This document shows positions 28,031-45,298 of a stretch of DNA of 64,000 nt, one piece after another. The DNA is from the human T2T-CHM13v2.0 reference genome, Homo sapiens: assembly GCF_009914755.1 (NCBI RefSeq), contig NC_060942.1. The stretch is one strand, 5' to 3'. A program made the position numbers and the translations under genes. Under the pieces are notes generated by a model. It did not search any database. It was not told the origin of the DNA and worked only from the letters and a program-made list of their open reading frames with translations. The first letter of the stretch is position 1. The number at the start of each line of letters is the position of its first letter.

Positions 28031-28230
28031 TTATAATGGGTATATATACCCATTTTATATATATATGTAGGTACCATTATATGTATGTGTATATATGTAT
28101 GTATGTATATGTTTGTGTAGATATATACATACAGAGAGAAAGAGAGAGCGAGAGACTGAGACAGAGACAAATAGAGAAAAAGAAAGATGAAGAGAGATAC
28201 AGAAATAGAAAGAGGAGGAGAGGAAAGCCA
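27995..28230. repeat. (CA)n microsatellite followed by TA/TG-rich and GA-rich low complexity
   Basis: Direct reading. Confidence 0.9.
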
Positions 28231-28324
28231 GAAAAGAAAATATTTCCACTAGAAATGATGGGAGAAATCAAGCACGCATCTCTATGACCAAATAACTGTA
28301 ATTGATGTTAGCCTAAGCACTAAC

Positions 28325-28466
28325 TTATCAATAAAATATCCGAGAATAGGACTCCCTCCATCGACAGCTGGCTGTTTCCAGGAGATGATGATATAATCTT
28401 TGTTGGCCTCCAAGCACTTCACATCCAAGGGAGCAGCTGGGGCTCCTTCAATCTCTGCATCAGCAT
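28325..28466 (-). CDS. MYOM1: MYOM1 exon 11 (142 nt), N-half of Fn3 My4: DADAEIEGAPAAPLDVKCLEANKDYIIISWKQPAVDGGSPILGYFID
   Basis: ccacag acceptor, gttagt donor; WKQP..DGGSPI.GY Fn3 motif. Confidence 0.95.
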
Positions 28467-28607
28467 CTGTGGAGACAGAGAAGGATCCCATTAACCCTCT
28501 CAGACATGCTGTCAGTCGGCAGGCAGGTCTCAGCGCACACGCTTCTTACCACATCATCACAGTGGCTCAATCTTTGGCCCCAACGCAGCAAGCATCAAAT
28601 CTTGCTA

Positions 28608-28901
28608 TTTTTTTTTTGAGACGGAGTCTCGCTCTGTCACCCAGGCTGGAGGGCAGAGGTGGGATCTCAGCTCACTGCAAGCTCCACCTCCCGGGTTCAC
28701 GCCATTCTCCTGCCTCAGCCTCCTGAGTAGCTGGGACTACAGGCACCCGCCACCACGCCCAGCTAATTTCTTTTTGTATTTTTGGTAGAGATGGGGTTTC
28801 ACCGTGTTAGCCAGGATGGTCTTGATCTCCTGACCTTGTGATCCGCCCGCCTCGGCCTCCCAAAGTGCTGGGATTACAGGCGTGAGCCATCACACCCGGC
28901 C
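28608..28901 (-). mobile_element. AluY; TSD aaatcttgctattt
   Basis: Y diagnostics; TSD at ~28597 and ~28902. Confidence 0.92.
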
Positions 28902-29986
28902 AAATCTTGCTATTTGTTGACCAACATAACAATGTGTGTTTTTCACCTTCAGCAGGAAGAACATTGTGTCAGAAAATAGAAAGTGCTCTGAAAAGAACCC
29001 ATGACCTTTGCCTCATGGTCCCTGTGGCCCAAAATGTTCCAAAAGAAAATTAATATAGAGATGCTGAAGATTGCATTCAGACAAGTCAGTTGTGCCAGAA
29101 AGTCTGTTCTCATGACATTGATTGTGCAACGTTGCTAAGAAAAACTAAGAAAGGCTCCCAAGGGAGACAAATACCCCTTCTGGAGGCATCCACAAGAAAA
29201 TACGAGTCATAGAGCTTTGCCAGTCCCTAGGCAAGACACTACCATTTTGAAAGAGAAAACATTCGTTTTAATCAAATGATTGTTACCAAACTGAACACTT
29301 AGGAAAAGAACTCCAATGCAATACTCACATCTGAGCTCAGTTTATCTGAGTTTAGTAAAAGTCCGGGATAATACAGGAAACACTACAATCCCTTTTTATG
29401 AAATGGGATCCCCTGACCACACGGCCCCTCAGGCACAGCTGAATTAGTGAATCAGGGCTGTTTATAGGAGGGAGAGAAGGGGGAATGAAAATATTCAGTT
29501 AGTAACCTTTTAAGTGAGAATAATTAAGACAAGAGGCAGGGTCCCTGGGGGTGGAGGCCCACATTTGCCAATTCCTCCTGGCATTTGACCAACGCTTTCA
29601 TAAACGGAGTTAGTAGAAGAGGCTGAGACATGCAGGAGCCACTCACTCAAGGGAAAGCACCCATGTCGACCAAACAAACACTTTCTTTCCCTATGATCTA
29701 CATTCTGTAACTCTTATGAGTTACAAGGACATTTGATAACATAGCAGAAATATCTGTCTACTTCTGCATTTAATAGATTTGCATTATCTGTGAAGAGCTC
29801 AAGCCACTTGGGTTTTGAACATTCTGTTTCTTGTTCTGTGAACCAGCAGGAAAGCATCTAGGCAAATATCTCCTGCAGAAGTGCTATAGGAGAATGTAAC
29901 TAACTCATTGTGCCTAAAACTTAATGCAGAATCTCTGCGTGCCACTCAGTGGGAAATGAGCATTTTGATGAGGAGACACTTCTTTC

Positions 29987-30285
29987 TTTTTTTTTTTTTT
30001 TGAGACAGAGTCTTGCTCTGTCACCCAGGCTGGAGGGCAGAGGTGGGATCTCAGCTCACTGCAAGCTCCACCTCCCGGGTTCACGCCATTCTCCTGCCTC
30101 AAGCCTCCTGAGTAGCTGGGACTACAGGCGTGCACCACCTATGCCCGGCTAATTTTTTTTGTATTTTTAGTAGAGATGGGGATTCACCGTATTAGCCAGG
30201 ATGGTCTCGAACTCCTGACCTTGTGATCCGCCCGCCTCGGCCTCCCAAAGTGCTGGGATTACAGGCGTGAGCCACCGCGCCCGGC
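29987..30285 (-). mobile_element. AluY-like; TSD gagacacttctttc
   Basis: Y diagnostics; TSD at ~29973 and ~30286. Confidence 0.92.
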
Positions 30286-30787
30286 GAGACACTTCTTTCC
30301 TTCCAGGCTTTCAGAGCACTGGATGGCGGAGAGTGGGGCTGCTGATGGCAAAGGCAGAGCAGAGCTGCAGAGGAGGTGGGGATGCTGAGGCTGACATGCT
30401 TGGGCTGCAAAAGAGGCACTGCTAGAAAGCCATCAGCTACAAGAGGGACAGCTGGCAACCTCTAGCCATGTCCTTTTGCTAACGGCCTATACCACAACAA
30501 CCAGGAGCCCCTGCATTGATAGAGCAGAGCTCAGTGAGCTGGGCATCCATGGCATAGATGCACGATGGCAGGAATACGCTGTAATGGAGCCTGGCAGACA
30601 GCGGGCATTCAGGGAGCCATTGTTCAACATTTGTATAGCATTGCTTGGAACTGAGGTGGGCTTGACAATCTTCCAAGTTACTCAGGCATTCATTCTCTCA
30701 TTCATTCTCTCATTCATTCATTCTCTCATTCATTCATTCAGTACTCTTCTAGGTGTTAACTGCAAAAGTTAAAAAATAAGGATCCTA

Positions 30788-31122
<335 letters not shown>

Positions 31123-31985
31123 CTACGATATAGTGTGAGAAACAAAACATACTTGGGATGACAAGAGGCAGCTGTGAAGCAAGGAAACACAGTATTTGGC
31201 TTCTAGCAGCTGCTACACAGTGTGGGGCCCACAGCACCCTTCAGACAACATTAATCCTCTTCTACGCCTCTGCCCTTCCCTCTCCCAGCCCTCCAAATAG
31301 CCAAACTTTTTATAAGTTTGATTATTAGATCAAAGATTAGCCTACTACTCTTTATATTTTGACCTCTGACACAGACTATTAATAACTTTTTGCAAAATGT
31401 AAGTAATTCTATTGTCTTTATTGTAAAAGTGTTACATATATTTTATATGAACTATATGATAATCAAAAAATATGTTAAAATCCCTTTTTTACAACCCAGA
31501 GATAACTACTATTACCATATTGGCCTAAATCTTTCTAGACTTTTATTCTATATTTATAAACTCAGAAATGATTATTTTTGAAACAAAGTGATTGTACTAT
31601 ATAGTTTCATGTAAGCTGTTTTTTCTTGATATATTTCCATATCAATACATGTGGGTAGACATTGGTTTTCATTGCTGTGTGGTATGTCATCGTTTCATGG
31701 AGCATCTATTATACTTTACTCTACAACTTGCATATTGGTGAATATCTATATTTCTTCCAATTTTCCCCCAAACATTTTTTTCACCTCTGTCCCCTCAGTT
31801 CTTAGAACTAGAATTGTTGGAAATGTGTGTTTTTGATATTTAGTGGCAAAGAGCCTGAGAAAAGTTGAACAAATTTATACTCACCAGCCACTGCAGCAGT
31901 GCCTGTTCCTCCATTCCTTTACCCCAGTGGATTTCAAAAAACTTTACATCTTTTCAATATGATAGGAAAAACAATCTCATTTCAA

Positions 31986-32319
<334 letters not shown>

Positions 32320-32824
32320 TAATGAAAATTTTTTCATACACTTATTTGCCATTTTCAATTCTTCTTTCATGACATTTTAATGACATCCTTTATCACTTTA
32401 TTATTTCTCTGTCTCCTCTCTGCATGAGAGAGAGCAAGAGAAACAGAGTGTGAAAAAAAAAGAAAAGAGAAAGAGAAGGAAAGAATACATCAAAGCCTCA
32501 AGGAATATGTAATAAAATGATAACACTGGATACCTGTGGGTGGCAGACTTACGGATGGCTTTACTTTTTATTTGTTAAATTTATATTATCTATTTTTTTC
32601 ACAATGAACACATATTATCTATGTAATAAAATCTTGGCCAAATGTGTACAGCTCTTTACAATGTGTTTCTGCAGACATATGGTGCTTTATACACTGATCG
32701 TTCTGGTGTGGAAGCTGTTTTCTAAGCTGTAAGAATATCAGAGCTCCAAAACAATGCCCTGAAGTGACCTCGTGCAGCTCAATGAATACAAAGTTTTTTT
32801 AAAAATAAAATATTATTTAAGCAA

Positions 32825-33990
<1,166 letters not shown>

Positions 33991-34692
33991 CTAATATATA
34001 TCATTTAAAATACATTTATAAGTGAAATCTTTTTCTAAAGATTGTAAAATTCACAATGCAATTGCTGAAATTTACCTTTCCAATTTTGCCTTTTCTATTT
34101 ATCTTTTCAATGCTCTCACATCAACCTCTGATAAACTGAGAATCTTTCCATTTCCTTAATTTGTGGATTTGAAAGCTGGCTTAAGTATAAATTTTAAATT
34201 GGAACACCTTCGCCCCATCCATAGTTAGTAACGTGGAGTCTGGCCTAAACCTGGCAAAGAGGCACCATTCTGGGTGTGGGCGCTGAGAAATGTTGAGGAA
34301 CCCTAGACTGGGTCAGGGTTCCTAGAAAAAGTTCATGAAGGAAGGACCATAGCATGACAAAGGTTTTTGGAATAGCCAGCGATGTTCTCTGGCTCTAGTA
34401 AAACAGTGGAAAGTGGAAGCAAAGACTTAGCTTAGTTCATCCTCATCTAGCCAGGTTGATCCTGGTGATTTGGCTAAATGAACGCACTTGCTAATTGCAG
34501 TGTGTTGGTTCTCACTGCAATTTTCCCAGAAGGCCAGCTCCTGTCTTCCCTGATGATATAGACTTTTTCATGATGCCTTTGTGGTGGAGAAAGCCTTATA
34601 TGCTTTTCAGATGTTTAGATATTCAGGTATCTATACCAGTTGCCGGTCTGGGACAGAATTCAGTGGTCATTTTTACTGTTCAATGCCGATGT

Positions 34693-35095
34693 GGTGTGGC
34701 CTGCTAACTGTCCCCAGCAATCATTCTTCCTGCTTCCTTTTAGTACTAGGACCCCTGAGCGTTAGCAGGAAACATGGCTGGCTAACAAGAGACAGTACCT
34801 GCTAGCTCCCCTCACTGTGAAGTGTCTGCATGTGCTAAGTGTGCACTAAGCAGAAGTGATGAGGGCACTAAGCAGAAGTGATGAGGGCAATTCGGCCTCT
34901 GCCCCTCCACTCCCTTTCTTTCTCCTCCCCATAGGCTGGGATGAGAACCTGGGACAGTACCCCAGGGCACAGTGCAATAACAACATAGAGGGGACCTAGG
35001 AAGAGGCATCTGGATCATACCCAACTTTCACATACAGGAGAGAAACAAATCTTTTGTTATTTCATTTCAGCAGCTTAGTCTAGATCCTAATTAAA
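34693..35095 (+). mobile_element. MLT1-type (ERVL-MaLR) LTR remnant
   Basis: tgtggcctgctaactgtcccc...cttcctttagtactaggacccctga start; MLT1-like 3' end. Confidence 0.5.
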
Positions 35096-35224
35096 ATCCT
35101 GGGTTAGCCACTGGAAGACCTATAAGCTAGTTCCACTTCTGCTTCTAATTAACTGAAGTTTTTGGTAAATTACCGTACTTTTTTGAACCTCAGTTTCTGC
35201 ATCATAAAATTAAGGGGTTGTACT

Positions 35225-35412
35225 AGGATGAGAATTCTAACATTTTTTGAGCCATCGACCCCTTTGACAAGCCGGTAAAGCCTAGAGGTCCTTCTGAGAG
35301 TAATGCATTTACACACATAAAATAAAACTCATGTGATTACCAGAAAACCTAAATATATTGAAATACAGTTCTAATCATAGACCTTTTGGAAGTCTGTGGA
35401 TCCCAGTTGAGT
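35225..35412. mobile_element. hAT-Charlie-like DNA transposon fragment
   Basis: gagccatcgacccctttgacaagccggtaaagcct pattern; termini ...ttctaac / gttgag. Confidence 0.45.
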
Positions 35413-35509
35413 ACTCAAAATGTTTATGAGTTTATGACTCTATTTAGTGTAAGAGAGATAAAAATGAGCTAGTCTACCTGCATTGTTTATATTTTAAATT
35501 TTCTCTATA

Positions 35510-36005
35510 TTATGATGCTTTAACATCTTAGACACCATTCTGGCTAAGGAGGGCCTGCCTTCCTGAGGCGAGCCAATTCTTAGGGCCCAGAGGGGAGCAT
35601 GACTGATATGCAAACTAGCCACTTCAGCCACACCTCCTTTATCTGGCCTGTAGAACCCAGGAAACAATATGGTTCTGCCTTAATCATCCCCGGGGCCAGA
35701 TACCAGGCAAGTAGGGACCACACCTGTAACTTACAGCCTACTGAAATTATTTGAACTAGCCAATCCTAACTTGTTTACTTGCCCTGCTTTCCCTACCCAA
35801 GGAAACTCCAATAAAGGGCTTGGTCTAGGCACTCCTTTGCTCCTCCTGCCCCTTCTGACTCATGACTGACACTGGCACTTTCCCACGTGTCCCAGCTGTT
35901 CCTGTTCTAGGACCTGTGAGTATTATAAACATTGTTTTCTTGTGCCTCTACTAGATCTCTTCTTATGACTGCACCTGACTAATCATGCCATAAAAAAACA
36001 CAGAA
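35510..36005 (+). mobile_element. ERVL LTR remnant (MER54/MER74-like)
   Basis: gaactagccaatcctaa...ggaaactccaataaagg LTR-like layout. Confidence 0.5.
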
Positions 36006-36115
36006 CACTACCCTGGTAGCCTAAAAGTGCTAATGGTCTTCCCAAGTGCTAGGATCCCGTGGAGGAATAATATTCCACATGTGCATATCCAATCCATTTA
36101 AGACACCACTGAAAA

Positions 36116-36449
<334 letters not shown>

Positions 36450-36819
36450 CTAAAGTCAACAATTTTGGTTTGTCTCAAGAATTAAGCTGAAACCCCTTGC
36501 TTCCTAGTTCATCAAAACAGAGGCTATAAAGTTCAGTTATGGGCCAAGGGACCTGAAATGAAATAATAAATTTACTCTCTGAAATACACATTAAAGACTT
36601 ACACCCAAAATAACAGATCCCTCTTTTGCAGCAGCTTCCTTAAACTGAGATGGCTGGTATCATTAGGATTTAGCATCTCCACCGGAACAGTCATAGGGAA
36701 CTGTACTAGCAGCTCCCTGAAGACGAAGAAAGTCCTGATATTAATGATGGAAACATGGTCTGGAAAATGGTGACTTTTGAGTTGGTGCCCTCAGGGCTCA
36801 CCTTTTACACTAGGTCTAC

Positions 36820-37527
<708 letters not shown>

Positions 37528-37647
37528 GAATTTTGAAATGACTCTTCCATCATTATGAAACATGTTTGAACTGTTTTGTAATCAAAAACTGCTTTGGCTT
37601 CAGTGTACTAAATATTGTTAGGTGTTTTGTTTTTTGCTAGGACTTAC

Positions 37648-37809
37648 CTCGAACAAAGACATAAGCACTATATTGTTCATAATATTCTCCCATCCGTACA
37701 CGGATTGTATAGAGGCCTTCATCTTCTTTGTTGAGATGGGAAAATGTCAGCGTTGCCCGCTCTCCACTCCAAAGTGTTTGCACCCATTTTGATGGAGAAA
37801 GAGGTACTC
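37648..37809 (-). CDS. MYOM1: MYOM1 exon 10 (162 nt), C-half of Ig My3: GVPLSPSKWVQTLWSGERATLTFSHLNKEDEGLYTIRVRMGEYYEQYSAYVFVR
   Basis: ttctag acceptor, gtaagt donor; Ig DEGxY motif. Confidence 0.95.
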
Positions 37810-38000
37810 CTAGAAATATTTTAAAAGTAAGCAAATTAACTTATTTTTGTTTTATAACTTCCTTCTTGTCTCCCCTCCATTCCTCTCCTTAGCCTTTTCT
37901 ATAATGAAAGTAATTTAACTACTAGAGGAAGTCTCTAGGACTTTGAGCCATCCTGATATGTTTACATTGGTAAAAATACTGGACCAAAAGTAAGGGGATA

Positions 38001-39590
38001 AGGGGCAGACACATAATCCGCAGGGGCCTCGTGTAAAATTACATTACAAGGCCCCTTGTTCAAAAAGCAGAGAAAAAGTGCAATTAAAGGTGCTAAAATA
38101 TGTCTTCTTCCTTTAAAAATATTTTATTACTTATAGTAATGTAATAGGGGTAATACAAGTTGCAAAAAATCGTATTTTGGTGCCATAATTGTATATGCAA
38201 TCAATAATAATACGTTACTAGTAGGAGACCTTGATTGATAATAAGATATTGCTGTCTGCTTTTCTGCAAATTCATTTATTAGTCATCAAAATTTATACTT
38301 TTAGCAACTTCATTTTAAATCAATATAATCAAAAGCAACATCAGTAACTATTTATAAATGCAAGCTCATGAATTAATTCCCATAATTTTTTTAGAAGGAC
38401 CTTTCTGCTGATGTAACTGTTACTGGAGCTGTTAAAAAAGTTATATAGGCTATGACAACATTGGGTTAACTTTCTGAGAAACTATTTCAAAATATAAATT
38501 TTAGCAATCTAGAACTGATGACTCCAGATTCTAGAACCTAGAATAAAGGGACAATCTAGAATCTAGAATAAAGGGACAATTATTCTAAAAAGATTTAACT
38601 CTTCATACAAATCAGTTTCATGTAAATCTCTATTTAATTTTAAGTGTGAATTTATACAGTTTCATTTTAATGCTTTGTCCAATATGGCTTTAACCTGTGG
38701 AGGTGACACTACAAGCCGAACATGATTTCATGATTTGTATAAAATTCAGGATGCCTGTTTATGTATTCTATTACTGTATCTTCAATTATAAGTGGTAATT
38801 TTAAAACTGTCTTCCTTGTTAATAATAGGCTTATCCAAAGTTTCATATGAAAATGTTCTTTTCCATCAAATGCTACAATCTTTAAATGTAACTTCTAATT
38901 CTAAGCCTCAAAACCAGAGATTCAAACCTCCTTGAAGAATTCTAATAACTGCCTTATGTGCTTTATTGCAGTGTCTACATGTACACTTTTATTTTATAAT
39001 ATTTTAGTGACAAAATTTACTGTCCTATTGCCAGCAGTTCCTGTCCCCATGCTCAGGCCAGGAGTTAATATTTGTGCAGATCCCACAGAGCTGAGTTCTG
39101 GGGAAGGCCAGGCAATCTGTCCCCACACTGTGTGTCCCTATGCTGCCTCCATGCCGAGCCCCTTCTCTCCTCTGCAGCCATGGGACCCATCACCACTGCT
39201 ACTGCTGCTGGTGCCACCACCATTGCTAATTCCAGTCTGGCCTTAGGTCCTGGTCTCTTTCATCACCTTGGAATGCCATGGTGCCACAGACTGCCCCAAG
39301 TGCTCATGTGCACAACTGAAGACCACACCTGCAGCTTGGTGCTCACACTGCCTACTACCCACTGCCCACTGTGCCCAGGAGCCTGCACCTACATTTGTCT
39401 GCACTGCCATTCCCGTATTTCCTCCGATCATGTGCATGTGCCATAGTCCCACTGGACTCCATGTATAAAACACAAGATCAAAGATAAAGTGATTATGAAC
39501 TTCAAGGGGTGACAGCAGAGCATTAAATGAAGCCCAGATCTCTTGGTCCTGTAAAATGGCACCATTCACAGGCCCAAAAAGTCAGCTCTG
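38001..39590 (-). mobile_element. ~1.6-kb hAT-Tip100 DNA transposon (MER45 family, MER45R-like) with a transposase C-terminal remnant
   Basis: Both ends match MER45 termini (acataat..gcaggggcc...ggccccttgttcaaaaa; gacagcagagcattaaa...). 38391-38465 (rc) encodes PNVVIAYITFLTAPVTVTSAERSF*. Confidence 0.75.
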
Positions 39591-39614
39591 GAGAGGAGCT
39601 ATATTTCAGTCTGA

Positions 39615-39954
<340 letters not shown>

Positions 39955-40729
39955 TCAGTCTGATCTCTTTCACTAACTAATTATGTAACTTTCAGGGAAA
40001 TTACTTAACCTCTCCGTGCCTTTGTTTTTTTACCTGAACAAAATGGAGTTTGAATAATAAATAGTCATACAAATAATAGTAATAAAGGACCTTATAGGAC
40101 AATACCGCAAGGCATTATCATTTACTACTTTTTCTTTCATTTTTCTGTATTTTTCCAAAATTTATTTTCTAAAACAATTAAACAGAAAAATTATATGGTA
40201 ATCTTACTAGTACACTACTAAATATGTCTGGAATTTTAAAGTTTTTAAGAGCTTTAAAACATAATCGTCTCTATAAATAAACCTAGAGAAAACTTTAAGA
40301 TAAATTAAAAGGGATGATGAAAGTCCCTAGGCCTTATTCATTGCTCTCTCCATGACACATCTTCTGTTAGCTAGGAGCTAGCATGGGCCTCGCAGATATG
40401 TATGTACGGGCAAATTCAATTTCTTAAATTTCAATGCTTTTTTCAATACCTAGGCATAAAGGGAGGCAGACAAGTCAGAGAAAGTACAAGTTTTCTCAGG
40501 AGGCTTTTTGTCTGTGTTAGACCTAATACAGACAATATAAAAGGAGGCACATGGTAGTGAAAAGATGTCCAGGCTTAGAGTAAACACCAGCAGGTCTGGA
40601 GGTCTCCCGTGGCAAGGATTTGACTGTGTGATTTGGGGCAATCCCTTATTCTCTTCAGACAGTTTCTATATCTTGGTCTATTCTATGAGATACTCTAGTA
40701 TAGAAACTTAGTGTATTTGGACCTGAGAT

Positions 40730-41054
<325 letters not shown>

Positions 41055-41669
41055 TATTGTTATTTTAGAAATAGCATTATTTTTCAAGTCCAGTGCTTCA
41101 ACTCATCAACTTGTTTTGATAGCTTCTTCATCTTGTTTTGCTTTGACTGGGTTTTATCTGGAGTGTTACTTTAAATATACTTTAACCCAAATGGAGTTTA
41201 AAAAGGGGAAATTAAATCCTTATTTCTTTCTCACACCAAACTATCATGGCTCTAGGCCCTTTTGAAGCAAAGTGAGATTGAATTGTGATTTAAAGCCAGA
41301 GTCAGAGGAACTGACAATGGAAGGATTTTCTTTCTGTTCTACCAGCCTGTTATAATATGATGTAAAACAAAAGGATCATTTTATCTATTTTTGTGTCCTT
41401 CAGGGACATCAGTAGAACTTGGATATATTGCATGCAGAATACACTTATCAAAAATTTCAAAATTATAAAAAGCCTTTAATACGTTAAAACAAAAGTGCCA
41501 GAGTCTGAAATTCTTCTGAATGTACTCTTCTGGTTAATTAATAATAATATCAGGATTTTATTGTTTCATAAGGTTATGTTTTTTAAAGTTACATACCATT
41601 TTTATGGTATAAATAAGTCTATGAGGATGGGTATTTTACCAAATGGATTAACTTACAAAATGAATATAC

Positions 41670-41956
<287 letters not shown>

Positions 41957-42186
41957 CAGAATATACATTCTTTATGATTCTTTCCACATCTTACTTGTTA
42001 AAAGGAAAATATCATCTCCACAAATATGAAAGTGTTGCTACTTTGCTACACATGTGAAAACCTTTTAATCGTGTAAAGGTAGTCCCTTCTAACTTCCAGA
42101 TTCCACCAGCTCCGATAAACAGATCTGCAATCTGGTCTACAACCTTCGAATAAGAACCTAAGTGAGCATTCATTGTAAAGACTCAC

Positions 42187-42351
42187 CGTTTCTGTACCAC
42201 TGGATCTCTGGCTGGAAATGTTTAATTTCAGGAGTGATGACAACACGACAGCCTAGACTCATTGTCTCTCCCTCTCTCCCAAAAGACACATCAAATTTGT
42301 CATCAAAGTGGATCTCAAACCGGGATGCATAACCATATGGGGTCACACCAA
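42187..42351 (-). CDS. MYOM1: MYOM1 exon 9 (165 nt), N-half of Ig My3: GVTPYGYASRFEIHFDDKFDVSFGREGETMSLGCRVVITPEIKHFQPEIQWYRN
   Basis: acccag acceptor, gtgagt donor. Confidence 0.95.
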
Positions 42352-42769
42352 CTGGGTACAAAAATAACAAATATCAGTAATTTTTTTCTTCATCAAAGAG
42401 ACACAAGCATTTTAATAAGCACAGGCAGAAAGCAGTCACAGCAAAAAAAAAATGAACAAATGAGCAAATGATTTAACTGGGTCAAAATGAAACCGTACAT
42501 AAGAAGTATTTAGAACATATGCATATATCATTTGTATGGAAATTCTTACTTCATTGGTTATATAAGCTAAATGCTTATTTTTATTATTGTAATGAATAGA
42601 ATTTAAAGGGTCAGGTTTAATGTCTTCAATGCAAATTAATACCACATTTAGCCTAGATTTAAATCTTTAGCTGCAACATATGCACTTTGTAATTTTAGAT
42701 GTTGAGTTAAACTCTACTGCTTGTACTCTTGGGACAAAATAGCCATATCCATTATTCATAAAAATGGCG

Positions 42770-43810
42770 TTTTTCATCTGACAAGGGATTAATAACCAGA
42801 ATTTATAAGAAGCTCAAAGTACTCAATAGCAAAAAATTCAAGTAATCCAATTTAAAAATGAGCAAAAGATCTGAATAGACGTTTCTAAAAAGACATACAA
42901 ATGGCCAACCGGTATACGGAAAAATGCTCAACATCACTAATCATTGAGAGAAATGCAAATCAAAATGACAATGAGATATCATTTCACCCCAATTAAAATG
43001 TATCCAAAAGACAGGCAATAACGCTGACAAAGATGTGGAGACAAGGAAACCCTCTTACGCTGTTGGTGGGAACGTAAATTAGTACAACCACTATGGAGAA
43101 CAGTATGGAGGTTCCTCAAAAAAATAAAAAATTTCCATATAATCCAGCAATCCCATTGCTGGGTTTATATCTTAAAGAAAGGAAAACAATATATAGCAGA
43201 GACATCTGCACTCCGATGTTTATTGCAGCCCTTTTCACAATAGGCCAGGATGTGAAATTAACCTAAGTGTTCAACCATGGCAGAATGAATAAAGAAAACG
43301 TGGTACATATACTCAATGGAATGTTATTCAGCAAAAAAAAAGATTGAAATCCTGTCATTTGCAACAACATAGATGGAACTAGAGGACATTATGTTAAGGG
43401 AAGTAAGCCAGGCACAGAAGAACCGATATCATGTGTTCTCACTCAAATGTGAGAGCTAAAAAGAATTGAACCCATGGAGATAGAGAGTAGAATGATGGTT
43501 ACCAGAGGCTGGGAACTGTAGTGCAAGGGGAAATAAAGAAGGGTTAGTTAATGGGTACAAAAATACAATTAGATGCAAGGAATAAGATCTAGTCTACAGT
43601 TAATAATTTATTGCATATTTTCAAACAATGAGAAGAGTGGAATTGGAACGTCCCTAATACAAAGAAATAAGACATGTTTGAGATGATGGATGCTCCAATT
43701 ACCCTGATTTGATCATTACACATTGTATGCTTGTATCTAAATATCGCATGTACCCCATCAATATGTACAACTACTATGTATCCATAAAAATAAAAATAAT
43801 TTTAAATTAA
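42770..43810 (+). mobile_element. L1MA-type 3' end (~1 kb)
   Basis: ORF2 C-terminal remnant (gaaatgcaaatcaaaa, tgttggtgggaacgtaaattagtacaacc) + L1MA 3' UTR. Confidence 0.87.
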
Positions 43811-44979
43811 ATAATTTTAATGGAGTTTTAAAATAAGTTGCTTCAGTTTCTTTAATGATCTGAGTGATAAATATTATAAGAAATGTCCACAGGAGAAAAT
43901 GGAAAAGTTTAAAATATTCTAACTTTTAAAAATATTATTCTCAGAAATATCTTATTTACAGATTGAGTAAATGCAGCCTGCGTAATCAACTCTCCTAGGC
44001 TTTATTTCCTCTTTTCACCAAAGAAAGGACTTGGGAAAGAAACGACTGTTTATTGATGGGTTATTACATGCCAGACACTTTCACATTTGACATATCATCA
44101 ATCCCTTGCAACAAATCTATGCCGTAGATACTATTTTCTTCCTCTCTTTCAGGTGGGTATATGGAAGTTCACAAAAGTAACACACACCTAATGCCAGAAT
44201 TTCACAGGTAGCATGTGTGAAATTGAAATTCACACTCATAACTTCTCGACCCCAAAACTTAGGCCCTTTCTCACATCTTTTGTCCCTCTTCCTAAGACTT
44301 CTTTCATTACACTTGAAAATGCAAGCTGACATTTATTGAGTTCAACTTTGACCAAGTATTGGTCCAAGCATTTAATACCCCATATTAACAGAAATCCCAT
44401 AATAATGCTATTAGGTAAGTACCACTAATATCTGCATTTTATAGAAGAAGAAACTGATGCATAGGAAGGCAAAATAACTGACCACATTCCCCTGCAGAGC
44501 CAGATTTGCACCGGCTGGCCGTTTCTGTGCTCTTGGCCAATACATTGTACTGTCTTGATTTCGTGTGTTCCCAGGTAACCCTAATCAACAGTGAAGTAAC
44601 CTCTTTGGAAGCACATCTCCCATCTGCCTCACTTTTTTTTATGTGTTGATGTTCACTGAGACCAGAGAGAGAAACAACTTGACAGATCTTGCACAGCGCT
44701 GGGAGGCTGGGCTGGTTCCAGAGCTGCCTTAGGGGGTAGAGGTGAGGGCTACCGCCAGATGTTCCAGACTCAGCTGGAAAGGCAAGTAGGTCCCCTAGAA
44801 ACGGACCTAACTTCTAGGTTCTCTTCTGTATCTGAGATTGGACTGCACTGTCTGCGATAACTTTGGGGTTCAGTAGGAGGCACCCCAGTTTAACAACCAG
44901 AAGACAACACATCATTTCGTTGTCACGTCCTCAATCTTTTATCACATGTACTTACTATCCTGAGAAAAATGGTTTAGGG

Positions 44980-45298
44980 CAGGGGTTGGCAAGTCTGTGG
45001 GGCAAATCTAGGATGTCTCTTGTTTAGACCATTAAGAATGGTTTTTGCATGTTTTAGTGGTTGAAAAAAATAAAAAGAAGTACAGTATTTTGCGATGTGA
45101 AAAGTCACAGGAAATTTAAATTTCAACGTTCATAAAGGTTTTATTGGAACACAGCCATGCTCATTCATTCTCCTACTGTTACGGCTGCTTTTGTGTTACA
45201 GAGGCAGAGTTGAGTGGCTGTGACAGAGACCATATGGCCCACAAAGTCTACAATATTTACAGTCTAGTCCTTTACAGAAAATGTTTGGTGACTCCTTG
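44980..45298 (+). mobile_element. MER58B-like (hAT-Charlie)
   Basis: caggggttggcaa...gttttattggaacacagccatgctcattcatt...ctttacagaaaatgtttg. Confidence 0.8.

Noticed and set aside
32643-32690. Faint resemblance to the 5' end of U7 snRNA (tacagctcttt)
   Set aside because: Match too short; no Sm site or 3' stem-loop
34843-34886. 22-bp tandem duplication (also a 25-bp one at 38531-38580)
   Set aside because: Ordinary slippage duplications inside old TEs
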